64,000 bases of DNA, taken from assembly GCA_964005815.1 (NCBI GenBank), contig CAXFSR010000063.1, positions 35,560 through 99,559 on the forward strand, read 5' to 3'. The DNA comes from an uncultured Nitrospinaceae bacterium (GTDB lineage: Bacteria; UBA8248). This document shows positions 20,243 to 31,084 of this stretch, piece after piece (within the stretch, counting starts at the first letter, position 1; each line of letters opens with the position of its first letter). The notes below the pieces were generated by a model. The model searched no databases, was not told where the DNA came from, and saw only the letters and a list, made by a program, of their open reading frames with translations. Position numbers and translations under genes: made by a program.

Positions 20243-20280
20243 GGATTTAATTTCTCAATACTAAACTCGGAGATTATTAA

Positions 20281-21159
20281 TTGAAAAAAATTGGATACAT
20301 TGGTCTTGGAAAAATGGGAGGGACCATTTCTGACATCATTCTTGCCTCTGGATATGAGGTTTTTGGTTATGACCCTGAAAAAATAGCTTGTAATAAATTC
20401 AAAAAAAAGGGAGGCAAAATTCTTTCCTCTCCAAAAGAAGTTGCCAAAAAATCAGATATTGTCTTAGCTTCACTACCCAACGACAACATAGTCCGTGAAG
20501 TTATTTTTGGCAAAAATGGTATTTCAGAAATAAAAAAGAAATTAATTTTCGCTGACATAAGTACCGTGTATCCAGAAATCACAAAAGAAATATCCAGGAC
20601 CTTAGGCAAACAATCAATTTCTTATTTAGATGCTACTGTTAGCGGAAATCCAAAAGTTGCGAAAAGAAAAGAATTAGTCCTCATGTGCGGAGGAACAAAG
20701 ACTTCGTTCAATACGTGTCTTCCTATTTTTCGCACATTCACAAAAAAACAATTTTACATGGGGCCAAGTGGCAGCGGTTCTTTAATGAAAATGGTCGTAA
20801 ATACGATCAGTGAAATTAATAGGACTGCAATAGGGGAAGGATTTAGTTTAGGTAAAAAAGGTGGCCTAAAAGGAGACACTATGCTTGAAGTTTTAAAAGA
20901 AGGAGCTGCCTATTCAAAACAGATGGATCTAAAGGGAGATAGAATCCTTCACGCCAACTACTCCTCTCCAGAATCTACTATTCAGCAATGCATTAAAACG
21001 GCAAATCAGATATTGAAGACCGCCAATGAATTAAACCACCCTATTCCTATGACTGCTCTTAGAACTCAGTTATACCAGGCGGTCGCCAGCATGGGTCATG
21101 CGAATGATGATTCTTCAAGTATTGCAGAATTATTTAACAAATTATCCGGAACAAAATAA
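20281..21159 (+). CDS. NAD(P)-dependent beta-hydroxyacid dehydrogenase (3-hydroxyisobutyrate DH family)
   Basis: GYIGLGKMG, DATVSG, catalytic K in MKMVVN. Confidence 0.9.
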   Translation: MKKIGYIGLGKMGGTISDIILASGYEVFGYDPEKIACNKFKKKGGKILSSPKEVAKKSDIVLASLPNDNIVREVIFGKNGISEIKKKLIFADISTVYPEITKEISRTLGKQSISYLDATVSGNPKVAKRKELVLMCGGTKTSFNTCLPIFRTFTKKQFYMGPSGSGSLMKMVVNTISEINRTAIGEGFSLGKKGGLKGDTMLEVLKEGAAYSKQMDLKGDRILHANYSSPESTIQQCIKTANQILKTANELNHPIPMTALRTQLYQAVASMGHANDDSSSIAELFNKLSGTK

Positions 21160-21177
21160 AAAAGAAGGATTTCAACC

Positions 21178-22299
21178 TTGAAGAAAATCTATTTATTATG
21201 TTTTTTGCCTATTTTTTTCATGTCTTTTCTAATTGTTTCATCAGAAGAAAAACTCAAACCAACTTTCAAATACAGCAAAGAAGTACTCCCACTTGACCGT
21301 GAAACCAGAGAAATTCGACAGCGGTACAGGGGAAAAATATTCGATTCCCATGCACATTTAACAATCAGAGAAGGTGGTTACTGTGACGAAGAAGAATCTA
21401 CAAACAGCATTGTAAATGCCATCAAAAAAACTCTTGATGAACAAAATGTATCACAGATAACCATAATGTCGGTTCCAAATTCTGGAAGAATGAAAAATTA
21501 CAATGTTGATGTTCAAAAGTCTCTTAAAAAAGTATTGGGAAAAAGAATGTACCTTCTATGTTGCACTCACTACATTACAAACTGGGCAAATCAACAATAC
21601 GAAAACAAAGCTAAAGTAAATGACCTGAAAGATGAATTAAAAGAAATTTTTACCAGATTAAACAAAGATCTACAAAATCCCTTATATTCAGGAGTTGGAG
21701 AGATTGCATTTTTGCACTTCAACAAAAGAGGTCATCAAGCACTTATCAAATTTCCAGCAAATTATCCTCCTTTTCTAAAAATCCTAGACAAAATAGCAAA
21801 TTCAAATAAGAAAAATCTATACTTTAACTTACACACAGAACCTATTGATTCAGACAACCAAGATTCATATCATGATATGGCTTTTGGCGGAGCGGAGTTT
21901 CTATTTAAAAGATACCCAAACTTTAAATGGGTATATGCACATTCTGCAATGACGCCACCTTCCAATGTAAGAATCATATTAAAAAGATTTCCAAATCTCA
22001 TGATGGATTTCAATCTCAAAAAATCACATATACGAGATCATAATGGTTGGGCCTATCTTTCGAATCCAAGCAACAACGAATGGGAACCATACGAAGACTG
22101 GGCAGAGCTCATGGAAGAGATGCCCGACAGATTTATGGTCGGTACAGATACAAAATTTTGCCAAAGAGGCCATACCATAGGAATTAGAAATTACAAGAAA
22201 CAAATTAAAAGATTTAGAAAATTTTTAGGTGCACTTAATAGAGAAACAGCAGAAAAAATATCATACAAGAATGCTGAAATATTTTTCAATAACAAATAA
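21178..22299 (+). CDS. Exported amidohydrolase-family (TIM-barrel) protein
   Basis: Signal peptide; DSHAH, GVGE, LHTE, YAH, VGTD. Confidence 0.8.
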   Translation: MKKIYLLCFLPIFFMSFLIVSSEEKLKPTFKYSKEVLPLDRETREIRQRYRGKIFDSHAHLTIREGGYCDEEESTNSIVNAIKKTLDEQNVSQITIMSVPNSGRMKNYNVDVQKSLKKVLGKRMYLLCCTHYITNWANQQYENKAKVNDLKDELKEIFTRLNKDLQNPLYSGVGEIAFLHFNKRGHQALIKFPANYPPFLKILDKIANSNKKNLYFNLHTEPIDSDNQDSYHDMAFGGAEFLFKRYPNFKWVYAHSAMTPPSNVRIILKRFPNLMMDFNLKKSHIRDHNGWAYLSNPSNNEWEPYEDWAELMEEMPDRFMVGTDTKFCQRGHTIGIRNYKKQIKRFRKFLGALNRETAEKISYKNAEIFFNNK

Positions 22300-22318
22300 T
22301 TCTCTCATCATAAAAAAA

Positions 22319-23491
22319 TCAAACCTTGACTCTTATCCGATCTAAAACTATCGCAATACAACTTGCCACAAGGAAAAAACCAGAATACAAGAGAAATGAA
22401 AATTGCAAATTGAACAATTCCGCCATAACACCTCCCACGATAGGAGAAATCATGGAACCCATTTCATTTACTGCATAAATGAGTCCTATCGCACTTGCTC
22501 TTTTTTCTTCATCAACCAATTCTGTTCCCACAGCTAACACAAGGCTTGGGACTGGAGTCAGAAAAGAACCAATTAAAAAAATAGGAAATAAAATTATAGT
22601 GCTTGAACTTACAAAAGAGATTGTTCCCATCGCCATACTACACAAAAAAGTAAGATAGAGGATATACTTAGTCTTTTCTCCCTTATCAGATGACTTTCCA
22701 ACTACGAAAGTAGTAATAATGCCAATAATAAAATACATTGAAAGGATCCATCCAATTGCCTGCACTTCATAATTAAACTGTTGTGCAAGTAGTAAAGGCA
22801 AAAAAGTCATCAAACCTCTAAACCCAGTAATTCTAAAAGTTGAAACCAACAACAGAAGCATTAAGGGTTTATTCTTGGTTAATGACCAAAAAGTTGCAAG
22901 TGCAGCCTGTTTCATTGGTCTTTCGTCTCTTTTTGAATCTTTGAAAAGAATAAAAATTATAACCGCCATAATTATTGAAGGAAAAATAGCCAAATGAGAA
23001 GCAATGCGCCAACTAAAATATACAGCTATGGTACTTACTATCCAGGGAGTTAAAATACTTCCAACCTCTCCTCCACCAGCAAAATACGCCATACTTAATC
23101 CTCTTTGATTTGGCATTTCTCTCGTTAACAAAGAAACCGCAGGTGGGTGATAAGCAGAACATCCGAGACCACTAAGGAAAACTAAAAAAAGCAAAGTCAT
23201 AAAATCAGGAGCAAATCCATAAAAAAATACAGGAATGGATTGAACCATTAGACTAGTAACAAGTATAGTTCTCCACTTACCAAGATAATCGCCTAGGAAT
23301 GAAATAGGAAACTGAAAAACACCGTTTGCAAACGCAAAAACAGAAGCAATCAGTCCTACCTCAAAGTAACTCAAATTAAGTTCTGCAGAAATAAGTGGAA
23401 TTATTGGCGTAATAAACAAGAGGTAGAATGTGTTCACTCCATGACTAGCTGAAAGGGCAATCACATTTTTTTTATTAACTGAGTCCATCAC
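22319..23491 (-). CDS. MFS transporter
   Basis: About 12 hydrophobic segments; SGLGCSAYHPPA motif. Confidence 0.9.
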   Translation of the reverse strand: MMDSVNKKNVIALSASHGVNTFYLLFITPIIPLISAELNLSYFEVGLIASVFAFANGVFQFPISFLGDYLGKWRTILVTSLMVQSIPVFFYGFAPDFMTLLFLVFLSGLGCSAYHPPAVSLLTREMPNQRGLSMAYFAGGGEVGSILTPWIVSTIAVYFSWRIASHLAIFPSIIMAVIIFILFKDSKRDERPMKQAALATFWSLTKNKPLMLLLLVSTFRITGFRGLMTFLPLLLAQQFNYEVQAIGWILSMYFIIGIITTFVVGKSSDKGEKTKYILYLTFLCSMAMGTISFVSSSTIILFPIFLIGSFLTPVPSLVLAVGTELVDEEKRASAIGLIYAVNEMGSMISPIVGGVMAELFNLQFSFLLYSGFFLVASCIAIVLDRIRVKV

Positions 23492-23542
23492 AAAAAACCT
23501 TTACTAAAACTAAACTTTTAGTTAGTAGGAAGAGACTATTAT

Positions 23543-24784
23543 TTGAAAACAGAAAAAGTAACACAAGGCTACATAAGATTCATCCGCGAAAACCCTAGAT
23601 TTTTACTTTATGGTTTCCTATTAACTTTCTTCTCATGTTTCGGCCAAACGTACTACATTTCTATTTTCAGTTCTGAAATACGTTCAATTTTCTCATTATC
23701 CCATGGGGACTACGGATTGATCTATGCAATTGCAACAGTAGGAAGCGCCACGACACTCGTTTGGGTCGGAAAATTCATCGACAGAATGGACCTTCGAACT
23801 TACACAATTCTTGTACTTCTCGGTCTATCTTTGGCTTGCTTGCTATTCTCTTTTGTCTCTTCAGTAATCTTATTGACTCTATCTCTTTTTCTACTTCGTC
23901 TTTTTGGACAAGGCCTTATGATGCACACTTCGGTTACTTCCATGGGAAGATATTTCGAAGAAACACGAGGCAAAGCAGTTAGCCTAGTTTCTTTTGGCAA
24001 TCCATTAGGACAAGGAATGCTAGTTTCTTTGGCTATCTTTTTACTTGCTTATCTAGATTGGAAAACAATTTGGGTAGCATCTTCAATTGCAACCATTATA
24101 ATTATTGCTCCTATTATACTTATTCTCCTTGGAAACCATCCTGTTAGAAAAAGACAAACAATATCTAACAACTCTACTAAAACAAATACCGTCAGCAGTT
24201 GGACTAGAAAAGAAGTACTTAGAGATATTCGATTTTATCTAATACTTCCTCTTATGCTTGCTCCTTCCTATATAACAACAGGTTTTTTCTTTCATATGTC
24301 TCATTTAGTAGATACTAAAGGGTGGGATCTGAATATTTTCACGCAAACTTTTTATATGTATGTTGTTTCCTCACTCTTAACAGCATTGATTACGGGCAAT
24401 GTAACAGATAAATTTGGAGCAAAAAAAATTCTACCTTTATCATTAATTCCTCAATGCGTTGCAATGTTAATTCTTGTAGTAACAAACCATCCTATTGCCC
24501 AAATTTTTTACATGTTCACATCAGGGATGACAGTAGGGATTAGAGTAACAATTGGTGGAGCTATATGGCCTGAAATATACGGAGTAAACAATCTTGGTGG
24601 AATTCGTGCATTGGCAACATTCTTTATGGTTCTATCAACGGCAATTGCTCCTGTTTCTATGGGATATTTAATAGATGCTGGTGTCACTATGGAATTGATA
24701 GCTTTAGGCTGCTTTATATATATGACTTTTTCTTCAATCGCTGCATGGTTTGGTGTGAGAATCAAAAATAACTCACATACTTAA
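23543..24784 (+). CDS. MFS transporter
   Basis: About 12 TM segments; FGQTY, GKFIDR, RYFEETRGKA. Confidence 0.9.
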   Translation: MKTEKVTQGYIRFIRENPRFLLYGFLLTFFSCFGQTYYISIFSSEIRSIFSLSHGDYGLIYAIATVGSATTLVWVGKFIDRMDLRTYTILVLLGLSLACLLFSFVSSVILLTLSLFLLRLFGQGLMMHTSVTSMGRYFEETRGKAVSLVSFGNPLGQGMLVSLAIFLLAYLDWKTIWVASSIATIIIIAPIILILLGNHPVRKRQTISNNSTKTNTVSSWTRKEVLRDIRFYLILPLMLAPSYITTGFFFHMSHLVDTKGWDLNIFTQTFYMYVVSSLLTALITGNVTDKFGAKKILPLSLIPQCVAMLILVVTNHPIAQIFYMFTSGMTVGIRVTIGGAIWPEIYGVNNLGGIRALATFFMVLSTAIAPVSMGYLIDAGVTMELIALGCFIYMTFSSIAAWFGVRIKNNSHT

Positions 24785-24873
24785 GAAAAGTATTTTAAAA
24801 CGTAAAAATTTATGTATATTAGAACTAGAATTTTTTCACACAAAGAAAGACTCTTCCAAAAGGATATTTCAGT

Positions 24874-26175
24874 ATGCTGACCGATCCAAGATTCACGCCA
24901 AGAGAAGGAAGAACTCTGGTTCCCGGAGCTTCATTATCCTTAAACGAAAGAGACAGAAGATGGGAACTCGCTCGTTCAGAAATGAGTTCACGTAAAATTG
25001 ACTGTCTTATAATAATAGCGAGAGGATACAACTCAAACGGCAATGTTCGATGGCTTGATAACGGAGACTACAGCGAAAGACACCTAATCTTCCCTATAGA
25101 GGGAGAACCAATGAATTTTTGGTTGCTTCAGAACTGGGGAAAATGGTTTACCGAAACGTGCTGGGAAGGAATTCGCTATAGAGGACATGAAGGGAAATAT
25201 AGTGTAGTAGCTTCTGATACGATAAAAGAACTTGGGTATGAAAACGGAAAAATAGGTATTGTTGGTCTCATCGGTGCTGGCTATGCAGCTGAAGGTAGCA
25301 TTCCATATATGACTTACCAAAACCTAAAATCCCTACTTCCAAAAGCGAAATTTGTAGATGCTACTAATATACTCACAAAAGCAAGAATGATTAAAAGCAA
25401 AGAGGAAATCGCAATGATCGAAAAGGCTTCCGAACTAGCAAATTTGGAAATCGATACTGCTTTAAAGATGCTCAAACCTGGAATACGTGAAAGAGATATA
25501 TTGGTTGAAATGGATTATGTATCAATGAAGGCAGGAGCGGAATTAGGCAGAGACCACTGGACTCTTCTAAATTCAGGAGAAGGTTACCCAGTCAATCACC
25601 GTGATACTAATAGAATAATTAAAGACAGAGAGATACTCCAACTTGGTCACTACACAAGATTCGCAGGATATTGGAGTCATCCTCACATAGCAATTTCCCT
25701 CGGACCTATGAACAAAGAATACAAAGAACTGAGAAATGCTGTTTCCGAGGGGACTTCGATTGCTCTTGAACTCTTAAAACCAGGAACCGTGTGGAGCAAA
25801 ATAAATAAATTAGTAGATGAACCTATATTATCCAGAGGGTTTTATCATGAAGTCCCACAAATTCATGGTACTGGTCTAGATGGCATAGAACCTCCAGTAA
25901 CTGATGTTTGTGCAGGAAAAATACCAAACAAATATGAATGGAGAGAAAAATCTCTTCAAGGTTCTATTGAAAACAACTCTGAATGGCAGACTATTGCAGA
26001 GGAAAGCAAGACTCCAAGAGGGGAAATTATAGTTGCTGAGGGAATGTCCCTAGCATTAGAAGTCAAAGCTGCATTCGAAGATAAAATCGCGATATGTTTT
26101 GGGCCACAAGTTATAGTGGAAAAAGATGGACCTAGAATATTAAATCCTGACGCCATGGATGTTATTGAACTATGA
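24874..26175 (+). CDS. M24 (pita-bread fold) peptidase/creatinase-like protein with non-canonical active site
   Basis: Creatinase N-domain, RMIKSKEEI, GYWSH, HGTGLD..EPP. Confidence 0.8.
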   Translation: MLTDPRFTPREGRTLVPGASLSLNERDRRWELARSEMSSRKIDCLIIIARGYNSNGNVRWLDNGDYSERHLIFPIEGEPMNFWLLQNWGKWFTETCWEGIRYRGHEGKYSVVASDTIKELGYENGKIGIVGLIGAGYAAEGSIPYMTYQNLKSLLPKAKFVDATNILTKARMIKSKEEIAMIEKASELANLEIDTALKMLKPGIRERDILVEMDYVSMKAGAELGRDHWTLLNSGEGYPVNHRDTNRIIKDREILQLGHYTRFAGYWSHPHIAISLGPMNKEYKELRNAVSEGTSIALELLKPGTVWSKINKLVDEPILSRGFYHEVPQIHGTGLDGIEPPVTDVCAGKIPNKYEWREKSLQGSIENNSEWQTIAEESKTPRGEIIVAEGMSLALEVKAAFEDKIAICFGPQVIVEKDGPRILNPDAMDVIEL

Positions 26176-26564
26176 AGTACGAAATCCTGAAGGATATCAC
26201 AGAAAACAGACCCAAATTTATACCTGGAACATCTGAAAAACTAGATGCAGTTTCCGCTGCTCCGGATAACCATATTGTATTATTTGAGAATGAACTTCTA
26301 AGGGTAATTAAAGTAATCGTGAGGCCAGGTGAAATGGAAAATCTCCATACACATAAATTTCCTTGCATTTTTCAAATAAATAATCTTGTCAAGACAGAAT
26401 ACCATGATGAAAAAGGAAACATTATACCCAGAACCGGAAAAGGCTACTCTGGGATGATGATATACGTGGAACCCGAAGGAATACATCAAGTGAAAAATGT
26501 AGACAAAGAATCCATGGAAGGAATTCGATTTGAAATAAAGAGTATTAATATCAATACTTTATAG
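26172..26564 (+). CDS. Cupin domain protein
   Basis: LFENELLRV..PGE...HTH...H.V.N; ATGA overlap with the M24 gene. Confidence 0.8.
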   Translation: MKYEILKDITENRPKFIPGTSEKLDAVSAAPDNHIVLFENELLRVIKVIVRPGEMENLHTHKFPCIFQINNLVKTEYHDEKGNIIPRTGKGYSGMMIYVEPEGIHQVKNVDKESMEGIRFEIKSININTL

Positions 26565-26595
26565 AAAAAGATCTATAAAGTATTTTATATAAAAT

Positions 26596-28020
26596 TTAAC
26601 AAGGAGGAATTTTCCCTTCCAAATTCAAAAGGTTTTCTTTTTCCAAAGTATAACCAAATCGCAATACTGTTCCCTCTTTCCACATATCACCTACAATCTG
26701 CATAGACATTGGCAATCCATCTGAAGACAAGCCAATAGGTACAACTAAAGCGGGAGAACCTGTAAAATTATGCGGTGTCAAGAAAGGTTTAGTGATTGGA
26801 GAATTATAATCAATCTCTTTACCATTGATCGAAGATTTCCAATCCTCTATACGAGGTGAAATACATGGAAGAGATGGGGCTACAAGAACATCTACTTCAC
26901 TAAACATTGCAAGAATCTCTCTTTTTAATAATTCTCTTTCTCTGTATGAGGAAACCAATAGTTCAGGCCCAACGTTCCCAATTCTATCTTCTACTGCTGC
27001 TCTCGCAATTTCTCCATAACCTTCGGCATGATCCTTGAAAATTGGCAGATGGAATTCTAGGAATTCTGCAGTCAAAATCACATCTATAATTTCTTGAACT
27101 TTCTCCATTGAATTCATTTGAAGTTCTTTGACTACTACTCCATTCTTTTCAAAAAATTGAATCATCTTTTCAAACGCAGAAAAAATCTCATCATCCACTT
27201 CATGATTACTATATAAATCTGGACAAAGTCCAATTTTCATTCCTTCTATTCCTTTTTTCATTTCAGAAGAAATCTCAGTGGAACTTACAATTTTCGAATA
27301 TGGATCCAATGAATCATAACCGGAGAGCACTTCCAATATCATCGCTGCATCTTCAACACTGCGTGTCATAGGACCAACGTGATCAAAACTCAGTGTGTTA
27401 GGACAAACCCCATTCAAACTCACCCTTCCATGTGTCGGTTTCATCCCAACTATTCCGCAAAGAGCTGAAGGACCTCTAATTGAACTTCCAGTATCTGTCC
27501 CCAGAGCAAAAGGAATCATCCTAGAGGATACCGATGCTGCAGAACCAGAACTCGATCCGCCTGTAGTACGGGTAATATCCCAAGGATTTTTCACAGTACC
27601 AAAATAAGGATTATAACTTAGGGGACCAGAAGCAAACTCCTGAGTATGACATTTTCCAAGCATTACTGCTCCTGCATCTTTTAATTTAGAAACACAGAAA
27701 GCATCTTTAGAAGGGATATTATCCTTAAAAACAGAAGAACCTCTCGTCGTAAGAATACCTTCTGTATCAATAATATCCTTTACTCCAAATGGAATCCCAT
27801 GAAGAGGACCAAGATATCTTTTTTCTATTATTTCTTTCTCGGCTATTTTAGCCTGCCCATATGCTTCATCCTTTGCCAAAGTCAGAAACCCCAAGACTCT
27901 TTCATTCACATCTTCGATACGCTGGAAACAAGAATCCAATACTTCAACTGGAGAAACATCGAGTTTTTTAATAAGCCTACTCAGCTCTGAAACGTTATAA
28001 TTAAATAATGATTCACTCAA
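26596..28020 (-). CDS. Amidase signature family enzyme (GatA-like)
   Basis: PLHGIPFGVKD, GGSSSGSAA, GTDTGSSIRGP. Confidence 0.93.
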   Translation of the reverse strand: MSESLFNYNVSELSRLIKKLDVSPVEVLDSCFQRIEDVNERVLGFLTLAKDEAYGQAKIAEKEIIEKRYLGPLHGIPFGVKDIIDTEGILTTRGSSVFKDNIPSKDAFCVSKLKDAGAVMLGKCHTQEFASGPLSYNPYFGTVKNPWDITRTTGGSSSGSAASVSSRMIPFALGTDTGSSIRGPSALCGIVGMKPTHGRVSLNGVCPNTLSFDHVGPMTRSVEDAAMILEVLSGYDSLDPYSKIVSSTEISSEMKKGIEGMKIGLCPDLYSNHEVDDEIFSAFEKMIQFFEKNGVVVKELQMNSMEKVQEIIDVILTAEFLEFHLPIFKDHAEGYGEIARAAVEDRIGNVGPELLVSSYRERELLKREILAMFSEVDVLVAPSLPCISPRIEDWKSSINGKEIDYNSPITKPFLTPHNFTGSPALVVPIGLSSDGLPMSMQIVGDMWKEGTVLRFGYTLEKENLLNLEGKIPPC

Positions 28021-28144
28021 AATAAGCTCCTTTAAGTTTTTGCTTATTTAAAAAAAAATTATTCTTTAATAGTATACATAGTTAATATTGCATTTGGTTT
28101 AATAAATTCAATTTTTAATACATCAGATTTACAAAGGCAAAAAA

Positions 28145-29035
28145 ATGCATGTACTTAGTTTTTATCAATTCAAAACAATTTCTGATGACTTGCATTCTAC
28201 TAAAAAACGTATCATTCATTTCTGCAAATCTAATCAGATTCTAGGAACTACATTAATAGCAAAGGAAGGAATAAATGGAACAGTTTGCGGAGAAAAAAAA
28301 GCAATAGAGGAATTTGAGAATCTTTTATTAGCGATTGGATTTGACTCTTTAGAATCGAAATCATCTCAAACAAACAAGGTCCCATTCAAACGATTAAAAG
28401 TAAAAATCAAAAAAGAAATTGTAACTTTTGATAATTTAGGAGAATTTGCAAACAATACGGGAACTTTCATTTCTCCTGAAAAATGGGAAGAATTTATTGA
28501 ACAAGAGGATGTGATTCTAGTCGATGTACGGAATCAATACGAAACATCAATAGGAAAATTCAATTCTGCATTAGATCCGAAAACTGATAATTTCACAGAA
28601 TTTAAAATATTCATAGAAAAACAACTTGCGGATAAAAAGAAAAAGAAAATTGCGACATACTGTACTGGGGGGATCCGTTGCGAGAAGGCCACTTCTTATA
28701 TGCGAGACATTGGGTTCGAGAATGTTTTCCAGTTAAAAGGTGGAATTTTGAATTATCTTAATCAAAGAAAGGAAACCGACAATACTTCATGGGAAGGAGA
28801 ATGCTTTGTCTTCGATGAACGCACTGCCCTAAGAGAGCAATCGCAAGATGGCAGTTATGAACTATGTCATGGTTGTCGTCAGCCTATTACAGAAGAAGAT
28901 AAACTATCTGAAAAATATGAAGACGGAGTTTCCTGTCCTTTATGTTTTGATAATAGAAGCGAACAACAAAAAAGTTCATCCAGAGAAAGACAGTTTCAAA
29001 TCACACTTTCCAAATCAAGAAAAAAAGAAAACTAA
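28145..29035 (+). CDS. trhO: tRNA uridine(34) hydroxylase (UPF0176 rhodanese)
   Basis: EGINGT, KIKKEIV, DVRNQYE, YCTGGIRCEK, LKGGILNY, CFVFDER. Confidence 0.92.
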   Translation: MHVLSFYQFKTISDDLHSTKKRIIHFCKSNQILGTTLIAKEGINGTVCGEKKAIEEFENLLLAIGFDSLESKSSQTNKVPFKRLKVKIKKEIVTFDNLGEFANNTGTFISPEKWEEFIEQEDVILVDVRNQYETSIGKFNSALDPKTDNFTEFKIFIEKQLADKKKKKIATYCTGGIRCEKATSYMRDIGFENVFQLKGGILNYLNQRKETDNTSWEGECFVFDERTALREQSQDGSYELCHGCRQPITEEDKLSEKYEDGVSCPLCFDNRSEQQKSSSRERQFQITLSKSRKKEN

Positions 29036-30957
29036 AAACCCTCAATCTTGCTAGATAGGATTTCCCACTCGTTCAAATAGCTCTTGAGAGCGATCGAGAC
29101 CTCATCTTGACGTTTCAACACATTCGACAATTCTTCCTTACTCTCTTCTTTATACATACTACTAGAAGAGAGAATCTCTTTAATTTTTTCATCTTCAATC
29201 TCTAGTTCTTCTATAGCTTTTTCAATTTTCTTGTGTTTATCACGAATCTCTTTTTTCTTATTATTCGATAAACCAGAAGACATACTATTCTTTCCATTCT
29301 TCTTCTCTTCTTTATCCTGAGTCTTCATTACATTCAAGTTTGCATTGCTTCTATGGTTAGATACATTAAGAAGATATTCATCCAAGGTTTCATACATGGA
29401 TTCAATATCATGATTTCTTAAAACCCAAAATTCTTCACAAACAGATTCAATTAAATCTCTGTCATGAGCAACCAAAATAAAAGTCCCACTATAGGATTCC
29501 AACGCCTCCTCCAGAGCAGTTCTAGATGCCATATCTAAATGATTCGTAGGTTCATCTAGAAGAAGAAGATTCGCTCCAGACATAAATAAACGTGCAAGAG
29601 CAAGTCTCGCACGCTCTCCCCCGGACAAAACAGAAACTTTTTTATACACTTCGTCACCCGTAAACAGGAATCCTCCCAGCAAAGATCTAATTGAAGTGTT
29701 ATTCATATTGTCTGGAGATACTTCTTTTGCCGAATCAAAAATTTCCATATTCTCATCTAATCCATCAAGTGTATGTTGTGAAAAATATCCTATTTTTACT
29801 CTGTCTCCTATTTCTATCAATCCTTCACTAGGAGAGAGTTCTCCTGACACCATTTTCAAAAAAGTTGTTTTCCCTGATCCATTAGGTCCAACAAGACCTA
29901 TCTTACTTCCCCTCAAGAGAGTCATATTAACATTTGAAAATATTGTTTTAACATTGAATGACTTCGACATATTCTTCGAAATTAAAGTTTCATATGCACA
30001 ATTTGGGGGATCAGGAAGACGAATAACAGGAATGTCTTTCTTAACAGCAACCTTATCAATGGGCTTGATTTTAGAGAGTTCTCTTGCCCTACTTTTCGCT
30101 TGTCTTGCCTTTGTTGCCTTAGCTTTAAACCTACGTATAAATCTTTCAAGTTCCGCAATACGTCGTTCTTGTTTCAGGGCTTGTTTTTCTATATGAGCAA
30201 TATTCTCTTCACGTTGCTCTAAATATTTATCAAAATCGCCTATATACCTAGTCAATCTACAATTTTCGAGTTCAATAATTATTTTGGCAATACGGTTCAA
30301 AAAATGACGGTCGTGAGAAATAATAACCACAGCACCTTGAAACTGCGAAAGAAATTTTTCTAGCCACGAAACTGATTCAACATCGAGATGATTTGTCGGC
30401 TCATCAAGCAGAAGCAAGTCAGGATTTGAAAACAAGATACGAGCAAGTGACACCCTCATCTTCCAACCACCTGAAAAATCACTCAAAGGTTGTGCAATTT
30501 CTTCCAGATTAAAACCCAGACCCATTAGAATTGAAGAGGCTCTTGAATCAGCCTGAAAATCTCCTAACTGCTCTAAAGACTGTTCTATTTCACCAATCTG
30601 CATGCTTAGCTTTTCCTGAGTCTCCTTATCCTTTGCATAACCAATTTTGTCATAGAGCAATTGCTTCTTGTCACGCAATTTAATTAATTTATCATTTCCC
30701 TTTAAAACTTGCTCCAAAATTGAGTCTTCTGAAGTTTCCAGTTCTTGTCTTAAGACTCCCATTGAAACACCCTTTTGTACAAAAACCGAACCTGAGTCAA
30801 TACCTTCTAAACCCTCAATGATTTTGAAAACAGTTGTCTTTCCAACTCCATTTGAACCTATAAGACCAACTCGCTCTCCTGGAAGAATCGTGAGATCGCT
30901 TTTTTCTAAAATAACCTGTCCGCCAAACTGTTTTCTCACATTTTCAAAACGAATCAT
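29032..30957 (-). CDS. ABC-F family ATP-binding protein
   Basis: Two ABC domains (GSNGVGKT / GPNGSGKT; FSGGW / LSGGE; LDEPTNHLD x2), no TM segments; ATG 30957 preferred. Confidence 0.94.
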   Translation of the reverse strand: MIRFENVRKQFGGQVILEKSDLTILPGERVGLIGSNGVGKTTVFKIIEGLEGIDSGSVFVQKGVSMGVLRQELETSEDSILEQVLKGNDKLIKLRDKKQLLYDKIGYAKDKETQEKLSMQIGEIEQSLEQLGDFQADSRASSILMGLGFNLEEIAQPLSDFSGGWKMRVSLARILFSNPDLLLLDEPTNHLDVESVSWLEKFLSQFQGAVVIISHDRHFLNRIAKIIIELENCRLTRYIGDFDKYLEQREENIAHIEKQALKQERRIAELERFIRRFKAKATKARQAKSRARELSKIKPIDKVAVKKDIPVIRLPDPPNCAYETLISKNMSKSFNVKTIFSNVNMTLLRGSKIGLVGPNGSGKTTFLKMVSGELSPSEGLIEIGDRVKIGYFSQHTLDGLDENMEIFDSAKEVSPDNMNNTSIRSLLGGFLFTGDEVYKKVSVLSGGERARLALARLFMSGANLLLLDEPTNHLDMASRTALEEALESYSGTFILVAHDRDLIESVCEEFWVLRNHDIESMYETLDEYLLNVSNHRSNANLNVMKTQDKEEKKNGKNSMSSGLSNNKKKEIRDKHKKIEKAIEELEIEDEKIKEILSSSSMYKEESKEELSNVLKRQDEVSIALKSYLNEWEILSSKIEGF

Positions 30958-31084
30958 AAATATCCAAAAAAATAAATTGACAATATTTTTGAAACAACAT
31001 TTAACATATAGCAACTTTACATTCCATCAAATTGCTGTATAAAAAAAGGTCCGTTTTTATACAACTTATAAATAAGGAGTTGCA

